A DNA stretch of 64,000 nucleotides from Squalus acanthias (lineage: Eukaryota), in the NCBI GenBank assembly GCA_030390025.1, contig CM059452.1, positions 5,952,001-6,016,000 on the forward strand. The letters are read 5' to 3'. A program made the position numbers and the translations under genes. Under the pieces are notes generated by a model. The model saw only the letters and a list, made by a program, of their open reading frames with translations. It was not told the DNA's origin and ran no database searches. This document shows, piece after piece, positions 48,823 through 60,721 of this stretch. The first letter of the stretch is position 1. Each line of letters opens with the position of its first letter.

Positions 48823-50328
48823 CACAAGATAACAAGATAAGACATTTTTCACACTCATTACCATTCCGAAAGCAGGATTTTATATCAATTGATATTTGCA
48901 TCAACTGATGCTTACAGCGTAACTGCGGCATTGCAGTGTTTTAACATAGCTCCCACAATATCATCGTTTTGATGATAATTATTGTTCTCTACAGGGAGTT
49001 AATGGAATGTACTGTGAGACCAAACACAAAGATCAATAACTTCAATATTAGCCGCAAATCCAGTTCTCAAAGTAATAATTGCTCTGCATGTGCCATCTTC
49101 GGCGCCCCATAAATGATTGAAAGGCCCACAACACAGTTCAGTGTTCTGAGCAAAAGGTGGCTAAAAGGTGTTAACTTTTCGGTTCAGTTCCATGCTGAAC
49201 TGTGAATCGGTGGGCAGGCAAAAGGTATTTAAAATGTGAGATGGGCAGTTGTTAGGCGCAGAGCTGAAACAATGGCTATTTTTTAAAACTCTGTGGACAT
49301 TAGAACCCTGCGGCAGCCCATCCGGCCGTTCTGCGGTCACGGTTCAAGGCTCTGCCCAACACGGCCATCTTTGTGTGACGGACATTCGACCATGTTACAC
49401 ATCTCCCCTGTTAGTTTCCCGAACCCTTTAATCGCGGCCTGTACACAGGGTTTATTTGATCAGAATATGTTACTGAGTCAGAGAGAGTTTGTACACAATG
49501 AACAGATTTCACAAGGTAGCGTTTGTGCTCTTTACAACAAGCCCCAAGCACAGAGTTCCCCCAATGTCCATTGCCCTTCCGAGTGTCGTTTCATTCTCTG
49601 TCACTGCACCTGGAAACTCTAAATATTAGAGATTTTGAAATCAATCATTAGTTCATTGAAACATAACTTAAAATGCAAACCGCAGAAGGGAACGGTGTAC
49701 AAAGTATTTGTTTAAATTACAGAGAGAGTTTATTCTTTGTGTATATTGTGTGTATGTGCCTGTATATTGAATATGGCCCTGGACTGTCTCATATTGTAAC
49801 CTGACACTCAGTTGCTGGACTAAGGGAGTGCTACAGGGTCTGAGGCGCCGTCCTTCAATCAGAGGTTTAACCGAGGTCCCGCCAGCACGTTCAGGGAAAT
49901 GTTAAATAATCCCCAGCACTATTGGAATAAGAGCGGGGGATTCTCCCGGTGTCCTGGGACAACATTCCACCCTCAATAATCACCACCCAATAAAAACATA
50001 GGAACCGACCTCCCAGCTCATTACTGCGGGGCAAAGGACAGCGGCAGCCTCTGCTGACAGAACAACTCCCCCCCCCCCCTCCCCTGGACATCTGACTAAT
50101 GTGGGAGGGGCTTTCACACCGGGCTCAGAGACCCAATGAAGCGCCAGGAAACTTCAGGTTCCTTATTTAAACCTGTAGCTTATTCACACAACTCACAGCC
50201 AGAGATCCGGGAACCGTGCGGCCCATCAGTATTTCAGTCCAGGTCTGAGGTACAGTCTCCCAGAACAGTCCCGGGCTGCAGTCTCCAGCTCCCCGTCATA
50301 GAAACCATCCGCTCCAGCCAGCAGAACG

Positions 50329-50804
50329 ATGGGAATCCTCCTTGTTTTCACGCTGTGTGTCTGTTTACCCCGTGAGTACCGATCAAACAAACCGATATTG
50401 TGTGGATTTAATATAAAGCTGCCCGGGTCCATCCGAATTGCGGACACTCTCTGGGTTTTAGCCCCGTTGTGTGGTTCGGCTCTGATGGCCCATTAAACTC
50501 TCTCTGTTTAATTTCCAGGCTCTTTCAGTCAGTCAGTGACACAGACCCCGCCAGCGGTGACCAGGGAGGAGTGTCAGTCTCTCACCATCACCTGCGTTTT
50601 CTATGGTGGGTTTTGGGGTTATAATTTCCAAAATGGACATTTCTTCAGACAAACCCAGACCCGGACAGAGTGGGAGCGGATCTCGAGCGGAGGACGATTT
50701 GTTGTGAGGACGAATAAGGCAGAAACGACGTTTTTCCTGGAAATTCGGGATGTGCGAGTTGAAGACAGCGCCACCTATTACTGTAAAGCTGAGTACAGAG
50801 TCCA
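50329..50804 (+). CDS. NAR-TCR V segment (leader 50329-50371, V exon 50519-50804); RSS 50805-50841
   Basis: VTQTPPAVTREECQSLTITC..FFRQ..WERISSGGRFVVRTNKAETTFFLEIRDVRVEDSATYYCKA: short VNAR-type domain lacking CDR2, with an extra FR1 Cys. Confidence 0.88.
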
Positions 50805-51165
50805 CACAGTGATGGGCCTCGGTTCCCGCGATACAAAAACTCTCACTGCAGATTGTGACAGAAACAAATGAAAAAGCGGAGTCAATCTGCCGTTAAACCC
50901 ACAGTTCCGCCTCGCGCCGTCTGCCCCACAGTCTAGTTTATAATCAGATTGGATTATTGCAGTTAACACCTTGAGTTTTGTAAATGCTGAGTTTGTGCGG
51001 GCGGTGACGTCTTTCCCGGGATTGGTGGAAATGAATGGCGATTGGGAATGACTGATCCCAGTTACAAGTCCCGAACACCAGTTGGGATCCTGTTCTAACA
51101 GCTGGCACCGGGAACCGCGGTCCCCGCCGTGTAACTAATATCCCCCCATCTCACCGAGTCCCGGG

Positions 51166-51234
51166 GGATTTGATGCTGACTTGAAACACTGTGTTTACTG
51201 GAACCTCACAGTGGATGAGACCTGAGCAAATACC
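51166..51234 (+). other. NAR-TCR D segment (51194-51206, tttactggaacct) with 12/12 RSS
   Basis: ggatttgat-12-cactgtg [D] cacagtg-12-gcaaatacc. Confidence 0.88.
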
Positions 51235-51550
51235 TGTGTACAATTAAAATATAAATTCCCCGGGCCCGGAACCTGAATTGTAGGTTTGATCTTATTATCG
51301 GTGTAATCTGGTTTAATTCCATTGTTATTTCCTGCTTTCAGTTATCTTTCTTTGATATTTTCTCCGTTTCTATGAAGCGCCCATCTCCAGCCCGTGTTCC
51401 TGGGCCATTTTACTGAGAGCTCAGAGTCTCACAAACAACAGTTTGAACCGACGGGGACTGTGGAACACGGAATATTGTTTATTGATCCCTGGAATAATTG
51501 GGCAGCGCCGACTGTCTGGTGATGTGTGTCCGGCAGATTGAGGTGTCGGT

Positions 51551-51637
51551 GGTTCTTGTACCGGGGTGACTGAGAGCGGTGTCACTGTGGTTATTATTAT
51601 GTGGATGGATCCGGGACGGTGGTGACTGTCACAGCCG
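51551..51637 (+). CDS. NAR-TCR J segment (coding 51590-51637) with 23-RSS
   Basis: ggttcttgt-23-cactgtg; YYYVDGSGTVVTVTA|gtaagt. Confidence 0.9.
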
Positions 51638-52133
51638 GTAAGTGACTCCAAACCCCGCCGTGTTACAGACTGTCCCGGTTAATGTTCACCGTCAGTTTAT
51701 TATTGTGATCAGTATCACCTCAATCCCTTCAAAATAAGAGCGGTTTTCTAAGGGTGGAGGTTTCATTGCAGTTTTAGATTGGGGAGCAGAATATGAACCG
51801 GGGTCGGGTCCTGGTGTGAGTCCGGAGAGAGGAGGTGTGAGACCTCCACGGAGCAGGCAGTCTGGGGGGTTTGACCCCATTTGGACCATCATTGGTTTAA
51901 CGGGGACCTCGGGGATCCCATGAAGTCCCCGGACTCTCTCTCACACTGATCACCAGTTGGTTTAAATGAGCGCAGATTGTCGACACTCCGGCCTCCCTCT
52001 CGGTGTTAGCTGACTGAGGGAGCTCTGTCTGTCCCTGTGAGCAGGGCAGGGGATCACAGAACTCCTTCCCGGGCAGGAGATTGCAGTCCGAGCTGGGCAG
52101 TGTGAATGAGATTCCGGGAGAGTGAACCCAACA

Positions 52134-52308
52134 CTACAGCGGCCGGTTCGATACCTGCAGCGGCCGGTCCGATACCTGCAGCGGCCCGTCCGATACCTGC
52201 AGCTGCCCGTCCGATACCTGCAGGGGCCCGTCCGATACCTGCAGGGGCCCGTCCGATACCTGCAGCGGCCCGTCCGATACCTGCAGGGGCCCGTCCGATA
52301 CCTGCAGC
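52134..52308. repeat. 21-bp GC-rich tandem repeat, about 8 copies
   Basis: Unit ggcccgtccgatacctgcagc/g. Confidence 0.9.
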
Positions 52309-53219
52309 AGCAGAAACTCTGGAGCACAACAGGGCGGGGCTTCAGATGCAAGTGATCCGCCTGTAGGTCTGGATGGCATTTCATTATTGGGCATTCAGTG
52401 ACTTAAATTAGTTGTATTTTATCTGACATTGATTCCAATTGCTTTTATATAAACAATCATTTTGCCTCCATGTCTCTCGTTTAAGTCGAAATGTCAAAGC
52501 TCCGAACTACAGACACTTTGCTATATTATTTTATATTGTTCGATATTTTCTAATCAATCCAATAAGGAATTCAGGAGGAACTTCTTTCCCCAGAGAGTGG
52601 TCAGAATGTGGAACTCGCTGCCACAAGGAGCAGTTGAGCCGAATAACATCGATACATTGAAGGGGAATCTAGATAAGTAGGTGAGGGAGAAAGGAATCGA
52701 AGGATCTGTTGATGGGGTGAGATGGAGTAGGGGTGGGAGGAGGCTCGTGTGGAGCAGTAACACCGGCATGGACCGATTGGTCCCAATGGCCTGTTTCTGT
52801 GCTCTACATTCTGTGTAATTCTGTGTAATATTAATGTTCATGTTTGAGAGATCGGATTGCAGTAATTTATCTGTATCCATGGTTACTGTTAACTGAAACA
52901 ACACTGGGCAGTGAGCGAGTGAGGGCGAGGTTCTAATGTTCCTATAAAGGAGAGCAGGAACACCCGAGGGAACAAGTACAGACTGGAGGGAAGTCCATTT
53001 AGAACCAGCAAGAAATCATTCACCGAAAGGGAGAGAAATATCGGACTTCACTGGCCAGGTGGGGGTGTGGAGACACCGGTCTCTGGACCGTTCAAGGCAC
53101 AATATGACACCGGGGCAGTGAGATTTACTGGAGGGACGGGCTGCGATTGGACTCCGGCCCTTTTCTCAGCTTTGGATTTCTTACACTCCTGAGAGAAGAG
53201 ACATCAGCAGCAATCCACA

Positions 53220-54650
53220 CATTCCTGGAAAGATTGAACAGGCGGGGACTCTTTTCTCTGGAAAAGAGAAGAAAACGAGGAGACCTGATGGAGGTGATTA
53301 AAATGATGAAGGGGTTCGATAGGGTGCACGAGGAGAAACTGTTTCCATTGTGGGTGAGTCCAGAACAATAAATATGAATTAGTCACTAACGGGTCAAATG
53401 CAGGATTTAGAAAGAATTTCATTGCACAGAGAGTGGTGAGAATGTGGAACTCGCTGCCACATAGAATGGTTGAAGCAGATAAAAGTGACAAATGCAGATG
53501 ATACAAAGATGGGAGGGAAAGTAGAAAGTGAGGAGGACATAAAAAACCTACAAGGGGATATAGACAGGCTGGGTGAGTGGGCGGAGATTTGGCAGATGCA
53601 ATACAATATTGGAAAATGTGAGGTTATGCACTTTGCCAGGAAAAATCAGAGAGCAAGTTATTATCTTAATGGCGAGAAACTGGAAAGTACTGCAGTACAA
53701 AGGGATCTGGGGGTCCTAATGCAAGAAAATCAAAAAGTTAGTATGCAGGTGCAGCAGGTGATCAAGAAGGCCAACGGAATGTTGGCTTTTATTGCTAGGG
53801 GGATAGATTATAAAAACAGGGATGTATTGCTGCAGTTATATAAGGTATTGGTGAGACCGTACCTGGAATACTGCATGCAGGTTTGGTGTCCATACTTAAG
53901 AAAAGACATACTTGCTCTCGAGGCAGTACAAAGAAGGTTCACTCGGTTAATCCCGGGAATGAGGGGGTGGACATATGAGGAGAGGTTGGGTAGATTGGGA
54001 CTCTACTCATTGGAGTTCAGAAGAATGAGAGGCGATCTTATTGAAACATATAAGATTGTGAAGGGGCTTGATCGGGTGGATGCGGTAAGGATGTTCCCAA
54101 GGATGGGTGAAACTAGAACTAGGGGACATAATCTTAGAATAAGGGGCTGCTCTTTCAAAACTGAGATGAGGAGAAACTTCTTCACTCAGAGGGTAGTAGG
54201 TCTGTGGAATTTGCTGCCCCAGGAAGCTGTGGAAGCTACATCATTAAATAAATTTAAAACAGAAATAGACAGTTTCCTAGAAGTAAAGGGAATTAGGGGT
54301 TACGGGGAGCGGGCAGGAAATTGGACATGAGGCTGAGTTCGGATCGGTCAAGGCCCTGTGGGTGGCGGAGCGGGCCCAGGGGCTGAGTGGCCGGGTCCTG
54401 CTCCTACTTCTTGTGTTCTTTAGATTCGATGTTAGGATCAGATCAGCCATGATCTTATTGAATGGCGGAGCAGGCTATGTTCTTATTTAAGGGGAGACTT
54501 GATACAAACATGAGGGAGAAAGAAATCGAGGGACACAGGGGTCAGCGTGGGAAGAGGTAGTTAGAGTGGGAGGAGGCTCGTGTAGCGCATAAACACCGGC
54601 ACAGACCAGTTGGGCCGAATGGCCTGCTCCTGTTCTGCAGATTCTGTATA
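53220..54650 (+). mobile_element. Nested CR1 3' fragments (younger copy about 53490-54485)
   Basis: ADDTKMGG, LVRPYLEYC, RRMRGDLIETYKI motifs. Confidence 0.88.
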
Positions 54651-55666
54651 ATGTAAAACTCAGAGAAAACTCCGCCTGGAGAAGACGGGAGGGAATCAGC
54701 CAATGGGCTGAAGGAATTGAAGTTGTCAGAGAGCCGGAAGAGCCAGTTCCCAGTGAGTAACAGTAAAACCACAGCGGAAACTGCACAGACTGAACCCAAC
54801 CGACAACTGAGAGACTTTGGGACAAGTTCTCAGGCTGGCAAAAAACCACAAACAGCACAAAGTGAGCGACCCAGATGTGGAAATAAAATGAAACAAATTG
54901 TAAATAATTCAAATTAAAGTGAAATGGAGCAAAAGGCGCCCCACTGATGGAAGAAAAGAGACAAATAGAGCGAGAGACAGACAGGAGTTCCCGTGAACTG
55001 TCAAAACTGCAGTAAAAGATTGACCTTTGACCCACAGATTTTCAGTGTCAGTTTGGCTCAATCGGTGCTGATGAATCTCACTGCTTTCTGTTGGATCTTG
55101 CTGTGCACAGTGATATAACACAGCCGGGTCACTCTCGGTCAAACATCATTGGAATGTGGTTGTCTCAGTGAGGAGGAGAATGGACTATTATTTTTTTCGG
55201 GTTTGTCTTTCACCAAGAAAAATAAAAACAAAAATTTAATAGAAATCATAGAATCATACGGCAGAGAACGAGGCCATTCGGCCCACCTTGCCTGTGCGGC
55301 TCTTTGAAGGAGCTATTCAATTAGTCCCACTCGCCCCGCTCTTTCCCCATAGCCCCGATAAATTTTCCTTTTCCAGTATTAATCGAATTTCCTGTTGAAA
55401 GTTACTATTGAATCTGCTCCCACCACCCTTTCAGGCACTTCATTCCAGATCATAACGGCTCACTGCGTAAATACATTTCTCCTCAGTGCCCCGCCCCCCG
55501 CCCCTCCCCACGCCGGTGCGTTTGCCAATGACAGTGAATAAAGTCGGAACAGGCTTCAAATGAAGAACAGCATAAGCGCGAGAGGCAGAACTATTCCTGT
55601 GATTGACAAGTGTCCCCGGGTAAACAGCAGCCGAATAAATAACATTTCCCAATTTTAATCCCGCAG

Positions 55667-55972
55667 TTTCCAGTTTCTCGGTGTCCCAGGGACCGCCTCT
55701 ACAAACCTCTGCTGCCGGAGACACCGTTACTTTAAGCTGCGAATATTCAGGGATCTGTCAGCATACAGTACACTGGTACCGTCAGTCCACAGGGCAGGCT
55801 CCGAAATACCTGCTCCAGAGACACACTTCAGGAGAGGGGAATAAAGAAAACGCTGCCGGGGGACGAATTTCTGCTTCTGTGGATGGTGCGCAGAAAATCA
55901 GCCGGTTAAACATCGCGAAACTGCAACTGAGTGACTCCGCTGTGTATTACTGTGCACTGAGTCCGCGCACAG
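55667..55972 (+). CDS. NAR-TCR supporting TCR delta V (leaderless, CDR1 Cys); 23-RSS 55973-56011
   Basis: cgcag|(V)SSFSVSQGP..VTLSCEYSGICQHTVHWYRQ..DSAVYYCALS; phase matches the J donor at 51637; cacagtg-23-acaaaaacc. Confidence 0.88.
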
Positions 55973-56310
55973 CACAGTGATACAGAGCACGGAGAGAGCC
56001 GTACAAAAACCTGAACATGGTGAGGATTACAGACACACAGTGATACAGAGCACGGAGAGAGTTCAAAAACCTTAACATGGTGAGGATTACAGACACACAG
56101 TGATACAGAGCACGGAGAGAGTTCACAAACCTGAACATGGTGGGGATTACAGACACACAGTGATACAGAGCACGGAGAGAGTTCACAAACCTGAACATGG
56201 TGGGGATTACAGACACACAGTGATACAGAGCACGGAGGGAGTTCACAAACCTGAACATGGTGGTGATTACAGACACACAGTGACACAGGGCACGGGGAGA
56301 GAGTAAAAAT
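55973..56310 (+). repeat. 60-bp tandem array derived from the V RSS (five extra heptamers)
   Basis: cacagtg at 55973, 56036, 56096, 56156, 56216 and 56276. Confidence 0.93.
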
Positions 56311-56791
56311 ATTCTTCACGGATGCATTCTCGACGAATCTTAGAGTTTTCCCGCACAGAAACAAGTGATTAATCCCATCAAGTCTACACTTTCCTTTTCG
56401 CTCCTCACACACTTTAATATTCCCCTCTATCGAGTCTCCTATCCAATTCCCATGTTTAAATATTTCATGCATTTATTCCACATTTACCCCTCCTTCTGTG
56501 TAAATAATTGTTTTTCTCAACTGAAACATTTATATTTTGCCGTGTGATATTTCACCCTATGGCTTATATTTATTGTCCACCTGTTTCCACAGGGACCAGC
56601 AGAGTTTTATCTTTCCTTTTCTTTGGTTCAATCCGTCTTTCAACGCTTGGGTTGATGAGCGGTCACCACCTCCTGGGATTTCCCGGATTCGGTGTCGAAC
56701 CTGCTGAGCGATACTCTCCGCTCAACACGACACCCGCAGCCTGTCCGGACCAACAACCCGGCCAGGTCCCGGCTGAAGGAGGATGGGTTTG

Positions 56792-57260
56792 GATTCAGTG
56801 AGTTAATGACTCGGCCATGGCCGGCTGCGGCTCCCACAATTCACAGCAGAGAAAAGGCCCATTGTGACACGGGCCGGGCTGCATTTTGGGAGAACTGCCC
56901 GCACATGCGCAGCTCAGAAAAACCTTTTAATGACATTTTTTAAATTCTCTCGTGAGCCAGAATTTCACTTTAATTGATTAAGATCGAGCAGTTATTTTGA
57001 TGGAACCTGAAGTAAATTTTCTTTTCAATCACACAGCGGTTTACGTCACACAAACATGGCCGACTACGTCACACAAACATGGCCGCCGCCGGTTTGCCCT
57101 GCAGTTGATGACGCCAAAATCCCTCAGCAAGTCACAGCAACGTTATTGGCGGTTTCCCCCATTGATTCAGGGTCAGGATATCACGGGGCGTCTCCAGCCT
57201 CCGCTCAGCGCTAAACAGCCCCAGTTTGTGGCCCCTGTGACCACTGACTCAGCCCTATGA
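56792..57260 (+). repeat. CpG-rich element, inverted homologue of 28461-28897
   Basis: tacgtcacacaaacatggcc (twice), gcacatgcgcag, ctccagcctccgctcagcgctaa. Confidence 0.75.
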
Positions 57261-57524
57261 CCAGAAGAGGGGGCGGGGCAGCACGGGGCCTTTTAAAGGC
57301 ACCCTGCACTCCATGAGAACCACCGAGCCCGGAGTCAGTGAGAGGTTGGGAACAGGGCAGAGAGACGAGGGTGACATTAAAGATGATGGAGGCCCCGGAT
57401 AGAGGGAGGGATGAGAGATTGTAGCAGAGACGGAGTATAAGCACCAACTCCATACATTCCCAATCTCCCTTCAGACGGTCCATTCATTCTTCCCTCTCTT
57501 AACCCGATGTCATATTTAAGGAAA

Positions 57525-57838
57525 CGGTAGCGTAGTGGTAGTGTCACGGGACTAGTAATTTAGAGGCCTGGACTAATGATCCAGAGACTTGAATTCAAAT
57601 CCTAACACGGAAGCTGGGGAATTTAAATTAATTTAATTAAATAAATCTGGAAAAATTACTAATATTAGTAATGTTAACCATGAAGCTATTGGATTGTCGT
57701 AAAAACCCATCTGGTTCACTAATGTACTTCAGGGAAGAAAATCTGCCGTCCTTACCTGGTCTGGCCTATATGTGACTCCAGACCCACAGCAATGTGGTTG
57801 ACTCTTAACTGCCCTCTGAAATGGCCTAGCAGGCCACT
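57525..57838 (+). mobile_element. tRNA-derived SINE
   Basis: A-box-like tagcgtagtgg and B-box-like gaattcaaatcc; partial inverted copy at about 62630-62790. Confidence 0.65.
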
Positions 57839-57839
57839 C

Positions 57840-60303
57840 CGGACCCCATGAAGTCTCATGGCTTCAGGTCAAGCATGGGCAAGGAAATGCTGATTAACGC
57901 CCTCTCTCAGCTGATGAATCAGAGCTCATCCATGTTGAACAACACTTGGAAGAAACACTGAGAGTAGCAAGGGCACAGAATGTACTCTGGGTGGGGGACT
58001 TCAATGTCCATCACCAAGACTGGCTCGGTAGCACCACTACTGACCGAGCTGGCCGAGTCCTGAAGGACATAACTGCCCGTCTGGGCCTGCGACAGGTTGT
58101 GAGAGAACCAACACGAGGGAAATACCTACTTGACCTCGTCCTCACCAATCTACCTGTCGCAGATGCAGTATTGGTAGCAGTGACCACCGCACAGTCATTG
58201 TGGAGACGAAGTCCCGCCTTCACACTGAGGAAACCCTCCATCGTGTTGTGTGGCACTACCACCGTGTTAAATGGGATAGATTCAGGACAGATTTGCAGCT
58301 CAAAACTGGGCATCCATGAGGAGCTGTGGGCCATCAGCAACAGCAGAATTATATAATCTGTAATCTCATGGCCCGGCATATCCCTCACTCTACCATTAGC
58401 ATCAAACCCTGGTTCAATAAGGAGTGTACAGGAGCAGCACCAGGCGTACCTAAAAATGAGGTGCCAACCTGGGGAAGCAGCAACAAAGCTACAACATACA
58501 TGCTAAAAAGCGCAAGCAGCATGCTATGGACAGGGCTAAGCGTTCGCACAATCAACGGATCAGATCAAAGCTGAGTGCAAAAGACATGGCTGAAGCGTTT
58601 GCAACCATCTTCAGCCAGAAGTGTCCAGTGGATGATCCATATCGGCCTCCTCCTGAGGTCCCCACCATCACAGAGGCCAGTCTTCAGCCAATTCGATTCA
58701 CTCAACGCGATACCAAGAAACGGCTCAGCGCACTGGGTACAGCAAGGGCTATGGGCCCTGACAACATCCCGGCTATCCTGCAGAAGACTTGTGCTCCAGA
58801 ACTAGCCGCGCCTCCAGCCAACCTGTTTCAGTACAGCTACAACACTGGCATCTATCCGACAATGTGGAAGACTGCTCAGGTATGTCCTGTCCACAAAAAG
58901 CAGGACAAATCTAAACCGGCCAATTGCCGCCCCATCAGTCTACGCTCAATCATCAGCAAAGTGATGAAAGGTTTCATCGACAGTGCTATCAAGCAGCACT
59001 TACTCACCAATAACCTGCTCACTGATGCGCAGTTTGGGTTCCGGCAAGACCACTCGGCACCCGACCTGATTACAGCCTTGGTCTAAACATGGGCAAAGGA
59101 GCTAAATTCCAGAGATGAGTTGAGAGTGACTGCCCTTGACATCAAGGCAGCATTTGGCCGAGTGTGGCATGAAGGAGCCCTAGTAAAACTGAAGTCAATG
59201 GGAATCGGGGGGAAAACTCTCCACTGGCTGGAGTCATAACTATCACAAAGGAAGATGGTTGTGCTGATTGAAGGTCAATCATCACAGCTCCAGGACATCG
59301 CTGCAGGAGTTCCTCAGGGCAGTGTCCTAGGCCCAGCCATCTTCAGCTGCGTCATCAATGACCTTCACTCCAACATAATGTCAGTAATGGGGATGTTTGC
59401 TGATGAATGCACAGTGTTCAGTGCCATTTTAAAATCCTCAGATAATGAAGCAGTCCATGCCCGCATGCAACAAGACCTGGACGACGTTCAGGCTTGGGCT
59501 GATAAGTGGCAGGTAACATTCGAGCCACACAAGTGCCAGGCAATGACTATCTCCAACAAGCGAGAGTCTAACCACCGCCCCTTGACATTCAATGGCATTA
59601 CCATCTCCGAATCCCCCACCATCAACATACTGGGGATCACCATTAACCAGAGACTTAAGTGGACCAGCCACATAAATACTGTAGCAACAAGAGCAGGTCA
59701 GAGGCTAGGTATTCTGCGGCGAGTGTCTCACCTCCTGACTCCCCAAAGCCTTTCTACCATCTACAAGGCACAAGTAAGGAGTGTGATGGAATACTCTCCA
59801 CTTGTCTGGATGAGTGCAGCTCCAACAACACACAAGAAGCGCGACACCATCCAGGACAAAGCAGCCCGCTTGATTGGCACCCCATCTACCACCTTAAACA
59901 TTCACTCCCTCCACCACCGGCGTACTGTGGCTGCAGTGTGTACCATCTACAAGATGCACTGCAGCAACTCGCCAAGGCTTCTTCGGCAGCTCCACCCAAA
60001 CCCGCGACCTCTTCCATCTAGAAGGACAAGGGCAGCAGGCGCATGGGAACACCACCACCTCCAAGTTCCCCTCCAAGTCACACACCATCCTGACTTAGAA
60101 GTATATCGCCGATCCTTCATCGTCGCTGGGTCAAAATCCTGGAACTCCCTCCCTAACAGCACTGTGGAGTACCTTCACCACACGGACTGCAGCGGTTCAA
60201 GAAGGTGGCTCACCACCACCTTCTCAAGGGAAATTACGGATGGGCAATAAATGCTGGCCTTGCCAACGGCGCCCACATCCCATAAACGAATATTTAAAAA
60301 AAA
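57840..60303 (+). mobile_element. LINE family B (CR1/L2 clade), degenerate ORF2 with poly-A end
   Basis: VGDFNVHH, LDLVLTN, AMGPDNIP, QFGFR, GVPQGSVLGP, FADEC motifs. Confidence 0.9.
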
Positions 60304-60715
60304 GTGGTGTTCATCATGGAGGAATACTGATTCATCAGCTGAGGGAGGGCGGTACGTGGTCATCAGCAGGCGGTTTCCTTGACAATGTTTGACCTGATGC
60401 CACGAGAGTTCAAATGGTCCCGTGTCGAACGTTGAGGACTCCCAGTGCCATTCCCTGCCGACTGTATACCAAAATGCCGGCACCCCTGGTGGGACTGTCC
60501 TGCCGTTGGGACAGGACTTACTCAGGGATGGTGATGGAGGAGTCTGGGACTTTGGCTGAAAGGTATGATTCTGTGAGTATGACTATGTCAGGCTGATGCT
60601 TGACTAGTCTGTGGGACAGATCTCCCAATTTTGGCACAAGACCCCAGATGTTAATGAGGAGAACGTTGCAAGGTCGACTGGATTGTATACCTATGTCATG
60701 TCGGAATCCGGTGCC
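60304..60715 (-). mobile_element. LINE family B endonuclease N-terminal fragment
   Basis: LLINIWGL..PDIVILTESYL, TTYRPPSADES. Confidence 0.8.
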
Positions 60716-60721
60716 CACATT

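Noticed and set aside
50329-51637. IgNAR antibody cluster
   Set aside because: Only one D, no IgNAR constant exons follow, and the next exon is a Cys-bearing TCR V; fits NAR-TCR better
51962-52394. Cys/Arg- and Pro/Ala-rich ORFs
   Set aside because: Artefacts of a 21-bp (multiple of 3) repeat; no splice context
53470-54330. 286-aa ORF (and the 331-aa ORF at 59255-60250) as host genes
   Set aside because: Truncated LINE reverse-transcriptase remnants
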